A DNA stretch of 64,000 nt. Origin: Spironucleus salmonicida (taxonomy: Eukaryota). Positions 40,584-53,927 of this stretch are shown piece by piece (the stretch's first letter is position 1; each line of letters begins with the position of its first letter). The notes below the pieces were generated by a model. That model did not search any database, was not told the origin of the DNA, and saw nothing but the letters and a program-made list of their open reading frames with translations. The stretch covers positions 1,674,001 through 1,738,000 of the forward strand of contig NC_090596.1 of the NCBI RefSeq assembly GCF_000497125.1, in the 5' to 3' direction. Position numbers and translations under genes: made by a program.

Positions 40584-41546
40584 ATGGTCAAAATATTTCC
40601 TGATCCATCTACTTATAAATACCTTTATAAATGCCATCATCCTGTTAAATTTTAACCATAGTACGTTGAAATATTAGAAACGAGAACAAATATTTGGAAA
40701 GAATTCCTACCCACTATGAGAAAGAGAAAAGAATTTTACCCTAATATTTCCTACGTATTCTTATCAAATAATAAGGACTTCGAAATAAAAGGATTTTTTG
40801 AGCTATATCCTGATTTAAAAAGTATATATAATGTTGTTGAATACACTTCTTCAATGTATGCAGTGTTAGAAACCAAATAGTATCCTTTTTGTATTGTTGT
40901 ATCTCCTAACAATAAAATATTATACTAAGGCTCCACTATGGAGACATTAAAACTTTAACCACATCTTCATAAGTTAAATGTAATGGCATCAAGATTAAGT
41001 TTAGAATAATTTAAGATTGAAGAATTATTCAAAGAGGATAAGTAGTTATCATGTTATTAGTTATCAATGTCTTTATCAGGAATCACTAAGGGTGGTGCTG
41101 TATTAGCAAAAAAGTAATAAAACTATAATGATATTTTTTAGTCGAGATTAGAAAAATCATAAAATGATGGGTTTCTTCCTGCAGTATCTAGACAAATATC
41201 ATCATTAGGAATGTCTAGAAGTGCATCAAGTGGATTTTAACGATAACAAGAAATAAATATATTTTAGTCTTCTGGAGGCTTGAGCGAGAAAATTAAGTCC
41301 TTAGGAGGATCAACTTCGGATAATTTATATACAAATGCCTTTATTGGAGTTGGAGAATTTTAGTAGCAACGACATCTGATGGGTATTAAAAATTTAGGGC
41401 CAACAGCAGAATAGTTACGAGTAGCTGAGGAATCAATTAACCCGTAATTGAGTAGATAAAAGTTTCTATTAGGTTTAGTTAATGAAAATGATGATTTAGA
41501 AATAGAAAAAAGAAAGTTAACTTTTATTTAAAAAGGACATTAATGA
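40584..41546 (+). CDS. Protein with N-terminal thioredoxin/redoxin-like fold lacking CxxC (320 aa)
   Basis: YPFCIVVSPNNKILYQG resembles the cis-Pro beta-hairpin of TlpA/redoxin folds. Low-complexity C-terminus. Confidence 0.65.
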
Positions 41547-41548
41547 TT

Positions 41549-42208
41549 TCATTCATTTTAAGTTGTAATATCAACCGTATAAGTTTTAAATGAATCGATA
41601 ATCTGTTAAACAACTAACCTAGCTTTTACAAGAGGATGCAATCCACCTACAAATATATATTCTTCTTCTATAGATTAGTCTATGATGATTGGAATTTATA
41701 AATTTTTTAGACCAATAAAACTCATACCATTATGATCTGCACCTGTAAGATCTTTTGCTATATGCTCATCCGCAAATTACCATTTATAGTTAGACTTTGT
41801 ATTTAACTTATACAATTGACTCTTTCTTGCTTCATTTTTTACAAATTGGTTAAACTTTGTCATCGAAAACTTTCTTGAATATTAAAAGATGAGAATATAG
41901 TATCTAGAAAATTCCACGTCAAATAAATCTATAGGGGCAAATCTATTTTCATAGATTATAGCCTTAGTAAGCTGATTAGTATTTTTGCAGTATGATCCTA
42001 TAAAATTCGGGCGTTCTTAAAGTTCTAAGTTATAGTAATGATCATGAACTTTAATTGCGTAAACTGATTTCAGCTTGTGTCGGTAAGCTTAGGCTAGACA
42101 ATTAATAACATCATCGTCATTTTAAATCTGTAAATACTCACATAGCTTTTCCATTTTTGATTCAATATTCTAATTCATTAGTTTTAGATTAAATTGTCTA
42201 TTTTTCAT
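41549..42208 (-). CDS. YbaK/ProX-family aminoacyl-tRNA editing domain protein (219 aa)
   Basis: HYYNLELQER, QLTKAIIYEN, YYILIFQY, LTGADHNGMSFIG, IPIIIDQSI and FVGGLHPLVK. Confidence 0.85.
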
Positions 42209-42268
42209 ATTAAATATGTAAAATAAAAGTTCAATGCAAAGATTATATTAAGTATATTATATAATAAG

Positions 42269-43306
42269 ATGTTAACTTAATAAATGACAGAATAAATATA
42301 GATACATACATTTCATAAAGTAGAACAAAATAATTAAGAAACCGTTTTGTCATTAGGTAATGATCCGATACAAACTTCAAATCAATATGGATTATCAATG
42401 AGAGACTTTCGCTAACTATTAGTAGATGTATCATTGATTGAGCCACGTAATAATGTAATTATAGCATCACTTGGTCCTCTAAATTGTATATTTACATAAT
42501 AGCATGCTCATATACTTGTTTCTCTTGCATCTGCAAGATTCATATAGTTCTTTAAGCAAATTTTTAATTAGACTGATTAGTTTAAAGATTTTGAGTTGAG
42601 ATGCTTGGAAGCACTTTTAATTTTTGTAGTAGAGACATTAGAGTAACAACTTAAAGATATTGAAAAGGCCTTTGAAGTATAGTAATCTCATTCTAAATTA
42701 GCTCAAACCAGAAAGTCAATTACATAATTATTAAATGATACTTCCCGTGCACTAGATGCCTTAGATTAATTAATAGATTCTAATTAAGATGTTTTGGCAT
42801 TATCATTTTAAAATTAATAGTTTTTGCCTAGGTTTTCTTCATAGTTAGCACCTGAATTTGATTACTAAATCAAATTTCTTAATGAAAATAAAAATATTGA
42901 TGATTTTTAAAATATGTTTAAGATATCACTGTAGCAACTATTATAATTTTTGGAAAATTTTATCTTTTAGCTAGAATCAGTTAAAACATCAGCAGATTAA
43001 TTAGAATCTTATATTCATGCATCCTTTGATGTTTTAAACCTTCACCTTAATTCACAATAAAATCAAATTTTAAAAATCTCAGTATTTTCAGAAATAACTG
43101 CTGCTGCAATAGCCATACCTAATCTATTATTTATTATTTTTGGGCAAAATTTTGTAAATCCATGGTGTGCTGACCCTCAAGGTGTATTGTATATGGATGG
43201 TGATGGTCCAGCAATTTTTATTGGAATAGTAGGTGGTATACTGTGCTTTGTTTATATTTTTGTATGTTGGAACTTATTTAAAAGAGGGCTTAGAAAATAT
43301 TCGTGA
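42269..43306 (+). CDS. MRS2/CorA-like divalent cation transporter (345 aa) with a GQN motif
   Basis: GLSMRDFRQL, IEPR and DFELRCLEALL, then two C-terminal TM segments with FGQNF at the GMN position. Confidence 0.88.
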
Positions 43307-43333
43307 CTCAGAATTAGTGATTATAAGTGAGTG

Positions 43334-43732
43334 TCATTCCTTAAATTAATTTTTATACCATGAATCAAAGACTTTTTATACCTACTTATTAAAAGATGGA
43401 GTAACTTTATGTGGAAATGAGAATGCAGTATCTAGTTCTGTTTGAACTGTCTCTTTAGCAAGTATCTCAAGATTATCGTTAGTCAATACAAGCTAACAAG
43501 ATAATATTTACTAGCTAATCTATTATAAAGGTTTCAATACAAAAATTCTTACTATTGCTTACTAGTCATTATCTTAAGTAGTAGCTAGTGTTAGGAAAAT
43601 TCGTTATTCTCTAACATAAACAGTAGACAATAAATCTGACTCATATATAAATCTATAAATTGGATCAGGGATCGTGAATAGATTAGTCTTCTCTTTATCT
43701 CTGTCAAATTTGATTCTAATTTAGTTAGTCAT
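43334..43732 (-). CDS. Hypothetical protein (132 aa)
   Basis: MTNQIRIKFD...KNQFKE-TGA. Confidence 0.65.
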
Positions 43733-43772
43733 TTTCAAAGAATATATAAATATAAAATAATAAGTATATTAA

Positions 43773-44390
43773 TCACTTTAATCCTTGATAAACTTTTTAT
43801 AGGGTATCAAAATAGTCAGGATTGAGACTATTTTATTTTACATTATTTATACCAACGACATGCCTTTGTTTAGTTATAGCTACTGGGACTTAATAGTCAC
43901 TTTTAACAAGGCTTATAATATTGTTTATTCCATGCTTATTCTTCGAAATATGACTTTGAATAGCCTCTTATTGTACTCTTTTATTATTTTCCTAAATCCA
44001 ACGGTTTCTCTATAGTATTGATTCTTTTCTATCTATTATAGAATGAGGAGGTACATAAGTTGATTATTTATATTACTTAATAGCAGCATTCTATGGATTT
44101 AACGTAGGTGGATAATTTATATATTAAGATGCTTCTGGAAATAAGCCATCGTCATCTTTCTTTTTTGCCCTAAGTTAAACTGAATTAAGCTAATCAGTAG
44201 GTTATTTATTTTTAGCAAACCTTGTAGTATTATCCCATAAAATTTCTTGATACAGTCCAGTTTCATTATTAAATTTAGAGCCTTAATATTATTTAGGAAG
44301 ATACTATTTCTTATTTTTCTTATTTTCGATATTTTCATATGGCTTTGGCGATCGTGGCCTTACTTATGTATTCCAGTCTGAGGTAAACAT
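43773..44390 (-). CDS. Hypothetical basic, disordered protein (205 aa)
   Basis: MFTSDWNTQVRPRSPKP...YQGLK-TGA. Confidence 0.7.
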
Positions 44391-44479
44391 TATAAATAAG
44401 GAGAATTCGAAATTACGCGGTTATACTATTTAATAATAATAATATATTATTATTGAATATTAATTATAAATTCATTGAA

Positions 44480-46471
44480 ATGCATTTGCTTAACTTCTGC
44501 ATTTTATGTATAATCTCTAGAAAATCTCTTTTAAAACCAATATCCTATCAACAATCTATCATTAATTATTTTGATCCTCTTATTATTATTGGCTTATCAA
44601 ATATTGAAGCAAACAAGTTGGAATATTCCATCACAGCCATAATTATATTCGTAATTTGTAGTTACAACTTAGTAACTTAAAATAACACAGTAGTATCAGC
44701 ATCGAATATTTTTAATCTTTATTGTTTGTTGTGTTTTCGTATTCGGGAATTTCAGATGTCATAGGTAGAAATAACTTAGTTAGTAATAATAATATCCTCA
44801 CGAATTATATAAACTCAATATAGCTCACTAATTGTCAATCTTTCGAGTGAAGCATTCATGCTTATATTAGTTTGGCTCTAAATGGATGGCCATTTTACTG
44901 CTAACGAGAGTCTGCTAATATCCTTTTGTTTTTTATGTGTTTTTAAACTTAAAGATTACATTTTAAATCCACCAGAAATCATTCTTAGGAAAATATTCTA
45001 ATCAATTTCTTTGTTTGGACTTATTTAAATTATGATTCATCATATAAATTATTTACGACAATTCATGTCAATTATGCTTCTCCTTACCGCACTTATCGCA
45101 ATGAATGATCTTCCAGATGCAAATTTCGATGATGAAGGTCAAATTGTTCCCAAGCTTGATATCGATGCTGAGGAGCCGTTTTCTCATACGGAAAGGATGA
45201 TCCGTAAATCAGTTTTTTTACTAGATAAAGTTATGCTATATTTCACTACAATGCACGGTTTTTACTATTTTTCATAAGGTAGCATCATTATTTTCACATT
45301 ACTGTTTATCATTTTCAACATATTTATGTTTTTAATTTCTATCTACACAAATAAAGAACAATATCTATAAGATAATCGTATTTTCGGTTGCACTATCCTT
45401 ATAACAGTTATTTTCGTCAAATATCAACAATATTTGCAGTACTTTACCCTATTTACTGCTATTTTAACTTTTTTGCTGTTTGTTAAAAAGCTTATTACAT
45501 TGACATAAGACCAACAAAATCTTAACAACGATGCTGCAAGATAAGCTTAGTCTGACTTCTCAAATTACTTCTTATTGTGCATTGTTATTTCTTTGGTGTA
45601 CCTTTCGACCTGCACCTCCACTCTATCATATTACTCATTTGCATCTCTTTCATTATTCATTTTTTATATGCAAATTTTATCAGAAATGACAGTGAATGGC
45701 CCAGAGAGCTTTTTAGCACTTTTTGGTTTGTACAACTTGCTAGAAAGCCTCAAAAAGTATAATTTTACGACTGAAAGAGGTGTTTATCATTGCCTTTTGA
45801 CAGCTGCAAAATCAAATCAAATTCGATTTTTCATATCTTTAAAATCTTAAATCTCGATTGCTTAAAATTCTGGAAAAGAGTCAATTGCGCATGCAGCTTC
45901 AGAATATGGCTCATTATAAATTCTAAATTTTCTTATCAAAAATTAATTATACCAACACTTTGAGAAACAAAAATTTGAGGGGAAAACACCTCTAGATATG
46001 GCAGCTGCATTCTCAACACCTAGAATAGTAAAATTGTTGCTTTAATAAAATACTAGAACGTTTGAAGTAAATTTACCCACACCACTGCACTTCGCTTCTA
46101 ATCATGGAAATTATCGTGTAATTTTTTTATTAAATAAATTTGTTGGACGAAAAGACCACAATGGTCGCACAGCACTTCAATGTGCTGCTATGCATAATTA
46201 CTGGAAGATGATAAAATATTTAGACACAGAAATTCTAATTAGAGACGATTTTGGAAGGTCTGCAAGGCAGGTTGCCGCATTGTATCAGAGTTGGAAAATT
46301 ATGAATATGCTTCCTAGTGGAAATTTGGATTTGGTCGGAAATGGTGATGAGTATTACGAATTTAACAAAATTGGGAATTATTTTACTGATGGAAAGTAGG
46401 ATGTTTTCGGTCGTAACTAAGAGATTATTTAGACGCAACTTGATAGGATTGAATAAAATTTATGGAAGTGA
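44480..46471 (+). CDS. Multi-pass membrane protein with C-terminal ankyrin repeats (663 aa)
   Basis: Track fragments 44453, 45032, 45575 and 46190 join in one frame. Many hydrophobic segments, then GKTPLDMAA, TPLHFAS and GRTALQCAA. Confidence 0.82.
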
Positions 46472-46481
46472 AACATGAAAA

Positions 46482-46952
46482 TCATTGTATACTTAAGCCT
46501 GGTCCAACACCATTTCTAAAAACAGCAGGGTCTGCACCATTTACAGAACCAACTCCATGGATTTAAGAGTTACGGAACTCACCTGAGTATGAAACTTTGT
46601 CAGGGAATGTGTAAGTTCCCCCTGATACGAAATTGGTGTCTTCTAGTTGCCCACTGTACGTAGAAAAATCTGCAAATGTCAAGACGCCTTCAGAAAATAC
46701 ATCTCTTGCCCATTTGCCTTCAAATTTGATGATATCATGTTTATTATGAGTAGGAACAAACTAATTTTTTAGGTCTTCATGCATAGATTCATCATCTTTT
46801 AGTTCTTCAGAAAAGCATATATAAACGCCCTATCCATCCCGAAATTTAATTGAATTTTCTTCAATAAAATCTCCATTATAAATATCTCCATTCGGGTAAA
46901 CAAACTTTCCATTTCCAGTGGTAGATACTGGGACTACGACTTTTGGCGGCAT
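46482..46952 (-). CDS. MORN-repeat protein (156 aa)
   Basis: GKFVYPNGDIYNGDF, FEGKW, YSGQL and GTYTFPDKVSYSGEF. Confidence 0.9.
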
Positions 46953-46996
46953 TATGAAAAAATTATATATACATATATTAATATATAATATACAAT

Positions 46997-47305
46997 TCAT
47001 TAACATGATTGAATTTCGATATCTGACGATGAACTGTCAAAAAATTACTGGCTTAGACTTTATCTTACAATATCAATATCATAAATCTCAGTGCTTTTGA
47101 AATTGGTAGGAACACCTTTTGAGTAGTCTAATTTATATGAACTTTGATACATTTGTTGAAATTAGTTAGATGAATTGCTTTCCTAAGTATTTGTACTGGA
47201 ATACTTAGTTATCCGTAGTCTTGGAGGTTTGGCTACATGTTTGATCTATAATTTTAGTGACTTCATCTCGATAGATTTCTTACTTTCGTGGTTTTATTTC
47301 TTCAT
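46997..47305 (-). CDS. Hypothetical protein (102 aa)
   Basis: MKKQNHESKK...EIQSCQ-TGA. Confidence 0.55.
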
Positions 47306-47350
47306 TATAATAATTTATTTATATATTTAACTAAAATATTTACCGCACAA

Positions 47351-48469
47351 ATGGCATCCATACCTTATAAACCAAGAGGTTCTATTAATTAAGATATTGG
47401 GCCCACATATTACAATGCTTCAAGACCATCTGGTGATACTAAAGTTAAATATTCAACATCAAGTAAAGGATCTTCTTGTATGGCTTCGGCTGTTGATAGG
47501 TTCCCTCTTAGACATTCTCACTGGGGAATGCCAGAACCAGGAAAATATGATCCTCAGCTATCTTTAAAAAAGATGACTTAATCTTCTTTAGCATGCAATC
47601 CCGATGTATATTCAGCAACATTTTAAACTACATCAAGAGACAATTACGTTTATCAACCCCAGATTACACTGACACCAGGACCAGGTGCTTATAATAAGGT
47701 TTCAACAATTAAATAAAATTAATTATATTAGAAACAGCAGTCATATAAAAAGTTGAAGGAAAAATCCTAAGTGTAATAAATGATTAGGTAGGCAGCGTAA
47801 GCTTAGAAATCTTTATCTTAATTTACTATTGAAAATGATGAAAACTATATCCCTATGAAAGATCCTATGAAATTGGAAACTTTAGATAGAAGACCACTAG
47901 AAAATCCGTTAACAGATAAGATGGCAGTAGATCTACATAGATACGAAGAATTCAGAAAAGTTGAAACTCTTAAAGATAAGTATAAGATTGAAACTCAGCC
48001 ACCAAATACTTTATTAGGTAATGAAATCTAAGCTGAAATAGAGGAGTCAATTAAGCATTATCAAGAGTTATAAGGTTAACCTATAGTTACTAAACCAATT
48101 AATGCTTAGTAAATGCGTGAATTAGTATAGGAACATTTAAAACGTATACCGTTTAATCAAACTGGGATTGCATTCGGTACTAGAGAAACCAGTGAAATGA
48201 TTGATTAAGTGAAATAGCAAGAGTAGGAATAAAAATCTTTACTTGGGCCTGGAAGATACGATGCCTAGATAGATTTTTAAAAAGTTAAACGTGATGGATA
48301 GGTTCCCTTATAAAGATAATCTAGTAGAAATAAGCTAGAAGTAATCAATGATATTTCCGGATCAATATTTAAAGTTGGTAATGATAAAATACCGCCTGTG
48401 GGTACTTATAACATTAAAGTTCAGGGGCCAAAAAGTTTTTTATTAAACGAAGAATAGAAATGGGTGTGA
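47351..48469 (+). CDS. SHIPPO/STPG PGP-repeat protein (372 aa)
   Basis: IGPTYY, PEPGKYDP, TPGPGAY, LGPGRYD and PPVGTYN. Confidence 0.85.
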
Positions 48470-48482
48470 TGTATATATTTAT

Positions 48483-49997
48483 TCAGTCAAAATGATTTTT
48501 TCTTAACCCTCCAGGAACCATCTATCCTTTAATAAGCTTCTTCTATTCTGCAAACTATCGCTACAACTTTTACAGTTATTAAATATTTTATTCAATCTTC
48601 CTCTACTATATTGCTTGCTCTCCTCTTAATGTAGTAAACTATTCTTAAGTTTAAAATTTAATATTATTAATACTTTAAAATTCAGGTAATAATGACTATT
48701 TGATATATTTTTCATAATTTTAATCCGAAACTCTAATTCCTTTTGCTTAATATTTATCTAGAACATCTTAATTAAGTTTTTAATTTTAGTAATATCCTTG
48801 ATTGTCTATATCTGTTCTAATATTCATTTATTCAGTAAATTTTTCTTTTTGCTTCATTTCAATTTTTTAAACTCTATCTTTAAATTTTTTCTTGTCCTGA
48901 GTACTCGCTCCAGAGCCAGCCCATTCACCCCAGCCTTCCAAAACTACTATTTTGTCAACAACAATTTCTTATTCTTTCATTTCTTTTATTTCGTCTTTCT
49001 AGAACATAGTTGCAATAACTCTTTATTATTCATCATCGCTAGCAACTTCTAACGCATCAACTAATAAAACTTCCTTTTAAACATAGTTTGATGTCAGTTT
49101 TTCAGGTAATTTCATAGTATCTTCTTCGATTACAAAAGGATTTTCACCATAGTCATCTAAAATATTTTATACTTTATTTTTCTACATTGATAGTTCAGCT
49201 TTCTGTAATAACAAATTATTATTATTTTCACCCCTTTTTAGCTCATTTTATATAAATTTAAGTGAATTTAATGCCGTTTTAGGTTGGACTAAATCTTATT
49301 CTTCTTATAGTAACTCTTATTCTCGCAACCTAACGTAGTTATCATTTTCATCGTTCAAAAAAGCATTTTTATCACTGATAAGTTAATTAGCTAAATCGTT
49401 CAACCCAGCAATTTTAGCAACTTCAGATGCGTTATAAAGTTTATCAGTAACTCTTTACATCTTCTCTATTCTTCGTTCTCTATTATGTATCTTTCTGAAG
49501 GTTTTTGATTTTATTTTTGCCCATCTTTGCAATTTAGTTGCATTTTACTTAAGTTTTAGTCTAAGACGAATGATGTCATCTGACTATAGTTTAATTGTCT
49601 ATTAATTATTCAAAATATCTTAAAAATCGATTTCTTCTGAGTCTGATGATTCAAAATTAGTTCTTTTTTCTGTAGCAGTAGTTGGCAGTTAATCTAGTCC
49701 AGCTTTCTATAAGGCTACCTAAATATTATCTGATGGTACAAAAGTAGATTTAAATTCTTATTAGGATCCTAGAACCATAAGTGCACCAGCCTCTTGTTAT
49801 GCCTGTTATAAAGGAAGATGTTAATTTAATTGTTACTGTGCTGTTTTTTTAATTTATCTATTTGTAACTTTTTCTATATCTCCTAGTTTAGTTTAAACTT
49901 TAGATGTAAACTATACTGGAGCTTCTTTCTACTCTGCAACCTAAGCCATGAACTATTCATAATCTAAGGGATTATCTTCATTAAACTAATTATCCAT
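48483..49997 (-). CDS. UTP14: UTP14-like SSU processome protein (504 aa)
   Basis: Charged coiled-coil protein with RWAK and the hallmark LEGWGEWAGSG (cf. LPGWGSWAG). Confidence 0.7.
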
Positions 49998-50053
49998 TTT
50001 GGGAATGAAAAAAGGAATGTGTATTATCGACACATGTGGTATAAATTACAAAA

Positions 50054-51178
50054 TCACTTTTCTTAAAAATACCACTATTTAAATTCTGCTAAAGAAACGT
50101 CCCCGTCAACAAGTCTCTATACTACAAGTTCCAAATGAGAATTAACTTACACCTATTTTGAATCTTTTGACACCTCCATAAAAAACGGATGTTCTAGTGC
50201 TTATGATGACGAAATTCTAGCCTGTGGATCCCATTGAAGCATTGATTTTAAAAGATGAATAAAGTTATACTTAAATCCTTTTAATTCTTAATCAATAGGT
50301 TACAGCGCATTGTAAGAGACTATTTCTTCATTGGCCGAATCAAGCGGGACTTACCATTACCCATCAATATAGCTTTCCCCATTTTTCGTAATTTAATCTT
50401 CCATATGTAAGGGCATTCCACCAATTAATTTTTCTATCATTGCTAAATGTATAGCTGATGAATGTGTTCTAAATAGAGTTTTCCCTGTTGAGATTTCAAA
50501 TATAACACACGCACAGCTCCAAATATCTATTTTTTCGTTATATTATCCACCTATAACAACTTCTGGAGGTCTATATTATCTTGTACAAACTAACTAAGGT
50601 CTTGGTTCTCGAAATCTAATAACTGAACCTAAATCTATTAAAACTAGATTTGCTCCAGGAGGATGGACAAAAATTCTATCTCTAACAGTTGATTTAACAG
50701 GCTAATGGCGCGATACTATATTTTCTGGTTTAATATCAGTATGTATTAAATTCATGTCATGTAAACATTTAACTCCCGACATAAAAATTCTTGCTAATTC
50801 TCTTGTCCAATCCAGATTATAGCCTCTGTAAGAGTTTAATTTTAGTAGGTCTAATAATGATACACCATATAATGGAAAAACTATAACTAAATGATCATTA
50901 AACATAAATGAGTCTAGTTATTCTGCTAGATTTAATTTATTTCTATGCCTAGATTTAGATATTTCTGATAGAAACTAAGATTCTCTTTAGCCTGCTGCTG
51001 TATACTTTGGTATAGCTCTAATAATTTTTAAAGCTACACCTTCTTATATTTAAAGATCTTTTGCTGAGAAAACTGTTCCAAATGTACCCTTTCCTAATCT
51101 AGCTACTATCTAATACCGGCCTATTATCTTTTCACCAAGAACAGGAACATAATGGAACTCGTGATCATCTTCGCCCAT
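50054..51178 (-). CDS. CLK/LAMMER dual-specificity kinase (374 aa)
   Basis: LGKGTFGTV, ALKIIR, IHTDIKPENI, CTRQYRPPEV and HLAMIEKLIG. Confidence 0.95.
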
Positions 51179-51280
51179 TGAGAATGAGCGGTATAATGAT
51201 GTCTATTATAAGTATAATATTATATAATCTTATTTTAAGATATATATTATTATATTAATATTGATATAGTTATCGCTGAG

Positions 51281-52696
51281 ATGAACTATGCATATTTAGA
51301 ATAAAGACTTTCTTCTAGTTCACTGAATCATCTACAATTAATAGATAAGTTATAGCCAATAAAATTATAAGAACACTACTTATATCCATATCTATAAAAT
51401 ATAGAGAGATATATTTAAAATGGAGATTTATCGAACTAATTAAGCGAGTTTATGAGTTATATTAATATAGACTGTAAATCTTTAACTATAGAAGGACCTA
51501 TAGGTATTGGTAAAACAGCAATTTTAAAAATTTTTACTTCAAACTAATTATTAGTTAAAGAAGGGTAAAACATCCCATTTTCCTGCTTGCTGGCCAAAGA
51601 GATCACAGAAAAATCACAATAACCGTCTGCAACACGGTAGCTAGTATTTACTAGTAGCTAGAGTACTATTTATTTGGAATAAGAAAAAGAAATTATCAAA
51701 AGGAAAATTAATAATAACAAAGGATCAATATTATCACAAATAAAATGTTTATCACCACCAAAGAGTGATATTGGTTAAAATAAAATAATTAGTCAATAAA
51801 AATAATTTATGGTTAGCAATTTCATATCACAATTAGCAATAGACGATTTACAATATTATAATTTTAAAGACTATAGCAATCTTTACAAGAATTATAAGTA
51901 ATAAAATATAAGATATATAATATTATCACATAACAGCTTTGTATACTCAAATTTTCGTTATCTAAATCTTAATCCACTGAAGATTTGTAATTTAACATTC
52001 ACTTTTTATAAAACAGTAAAAGAGATTTCTCAAATATAAGAACCTTGTTAAAAATAATATCCATAGAAGATATATCATATTAAGGAAACAAATTTTTCTA
52101 AATATAATTAAAAATAACAAATTTTTTTAAACGAATCTAAATAGGAATTAAATATGGATACTGTAGATAACGCAATTTAATTAAATTAAATTTTTTTAGG
52201 AAATTAGGTCATATTTCCTAGCTAAGTCTTGGTTAGCTTTTTCAGCTATAATCTTAATTTGCTCTAATCTATTCGAAATTTACAATAAAAATATTTAAAT
52301 ACTATTGCAAATTATTTTAGGTTTAATTATCTTACAAAAATCTATTAGAATAGAAGATCATCATTCCCATATTATATTGATATTAGAGGAGTATTGATGG
52401 ATATTGACTTTTGGAAAGAAAGCTATTAACCTTAGCTGTAATGTACATCATCATTTCAACGATTGATTAATTAGGAGAAACCAGTTTTCATGCATAAGAA
52501 CGCCGAAGATCTTTTTGTTGGTGATATTAATATATTAGAGAATTCTATTTATGATTAACCTGAATTCACCATTTCTCAAATCATATCGATAAATGTGCGA
52601 CTAAAAAACGATTTTAGTTAGGAATTTTAGCACGAAGACGGATTTTATTTTGCAGACTTGCTAAATTTTAAAATTTAACCTCAATATTTTCAGTGA
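51281..52696 (+). CDS. AAA+ ATPase, divergent clamp-loader large subunit-like (Rad17/Elg1/RFC type) (471 aa)
   Basis: LIDKLQP resembles the RFC WVDKYRP box. Walker A EGPIGIGKT and Walker B LAIDDL. Confidence 0.65.
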
Positions 52697-52722
52697 TAAT
52701 TTAAGTATATGTCACTAATGAG

Positions 52723-53538
52723 TCATAGACCTGTATTGATAATATGCCTATACGCAGTCCCATCAATTTTTTATCTAGGTTGTATAAATGGAAACAACCA
52801 AACATAAAGCCAGTTTTCACCAAAAATTTCTTTTAAATTACCTGAAATTCCAAGATCATATGGATATTAAAATTAAATACCTAGTTATTTTGACCTTTTT
52901 GTTTCAAGTTCCATCTCATAACTTTCAACTGTTGTATAATTGTGCTTAATCTGGTTGAAATGACTGCTTATCATAATAAATGTACAGATGGCAGACATAA
53001 AGGTAAATATAAGTAAAATAATACTAGTAAAAATTCTAACTGTTAAATGCACTTAAAATGGTCCAAATTTGCCAAATACTGCTGAAATTAATCCTAAAGT
53101 TATTGAAATCATACTAGATATAAATCCAAACGTTATAAATTTGATAAAATGAGCGTAGTTTCTCATCCCTACACAGTTTGCTATCCATGGACAGTGATGG
53201 TCGTATCTTAAACAACAAATATCGCACATTGAACAGTGATGTGCACGAGGTGGTTTGGAAAAGGAACATTTTTAACAAACTGGATCGATCCCATCAGGAA
53301 GGGGTGGTTTTCCTGGTGATGTAAAGATAGCCATAATGTAAGATGAAAAATAATTAATAGCTGTGAAATAGTAAAATATATTGAAGAAAACCTATAGAGG
53401 TTTAGGGTACTATCTTATTGCTAAGTAATAAGTCAATACAACAACAGATGAAAGTGCAAGACATATACTAATAACCATGAAATGCATAAGACGAGTACCA
53501 CATTTTTTAAGACATTTAAATCCAATATAATTGTTCAT
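52723..53538 (-). CDS. DHHC palmitoyltransferase (271 aa)
   Basis: [48 protein letters not shown] and YDLG. Confidence 0.96.
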
Positions 53539-53671
53539 TTTTACAATGTTAGTAAATAATATAAATTAGTATATGCAAAGTTTATATTAATGGACATTAA
53601 ACAAAGTGTTAGAAAAACTTGATTTAAGTGTAATTTTGCTATTTATACAGCATTTAATGATGTAAGAATGA

Positions 53672-53857
53672 TCACTAGTCACCAGATTGTTTAGAGATCA
53701 TCTATTCAATTTCAAGCTAATTTTTATATAATTAGCTCATTTATTATGGTATTTTCTGATTAGACTTTTCTTCTAATTAAAGCACCTTCAGGTAAAGAGT
53801 TTTTATAAGGTCTAATTGCTCAGATAACAAAAGCTTAATATCTTGAAGATCAGACAT
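53672..53857 (-). CDS. Small coiled-coil protein (61 aa)
   Basis: MSDLQDIKLLLSEQLDLIKTLYLKVLQLEEK...SGDQ-TGA (AGTGA end). Confidence 0.6.
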
Positions 53858-53927
53858 TTCTAAACGAAGTGGTGAAAATCAAAATTATAATAAAAACTAT
53901 ATAGTTTACTTAATATTATTAATTTTG

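Noticed and set aside
43360-43677. + strand 105-codon ORF
   Set aside because: It overlaps a longer minus-strand ORF that has a better start and stop context.
43716-43729. ACTAACTAAATTAG on the minus strand, resembling a diplomonad branch point/3' splice site
   Set aside because: It directly follows an ATG in an open frame, and no GTATGT donor is found upstream.
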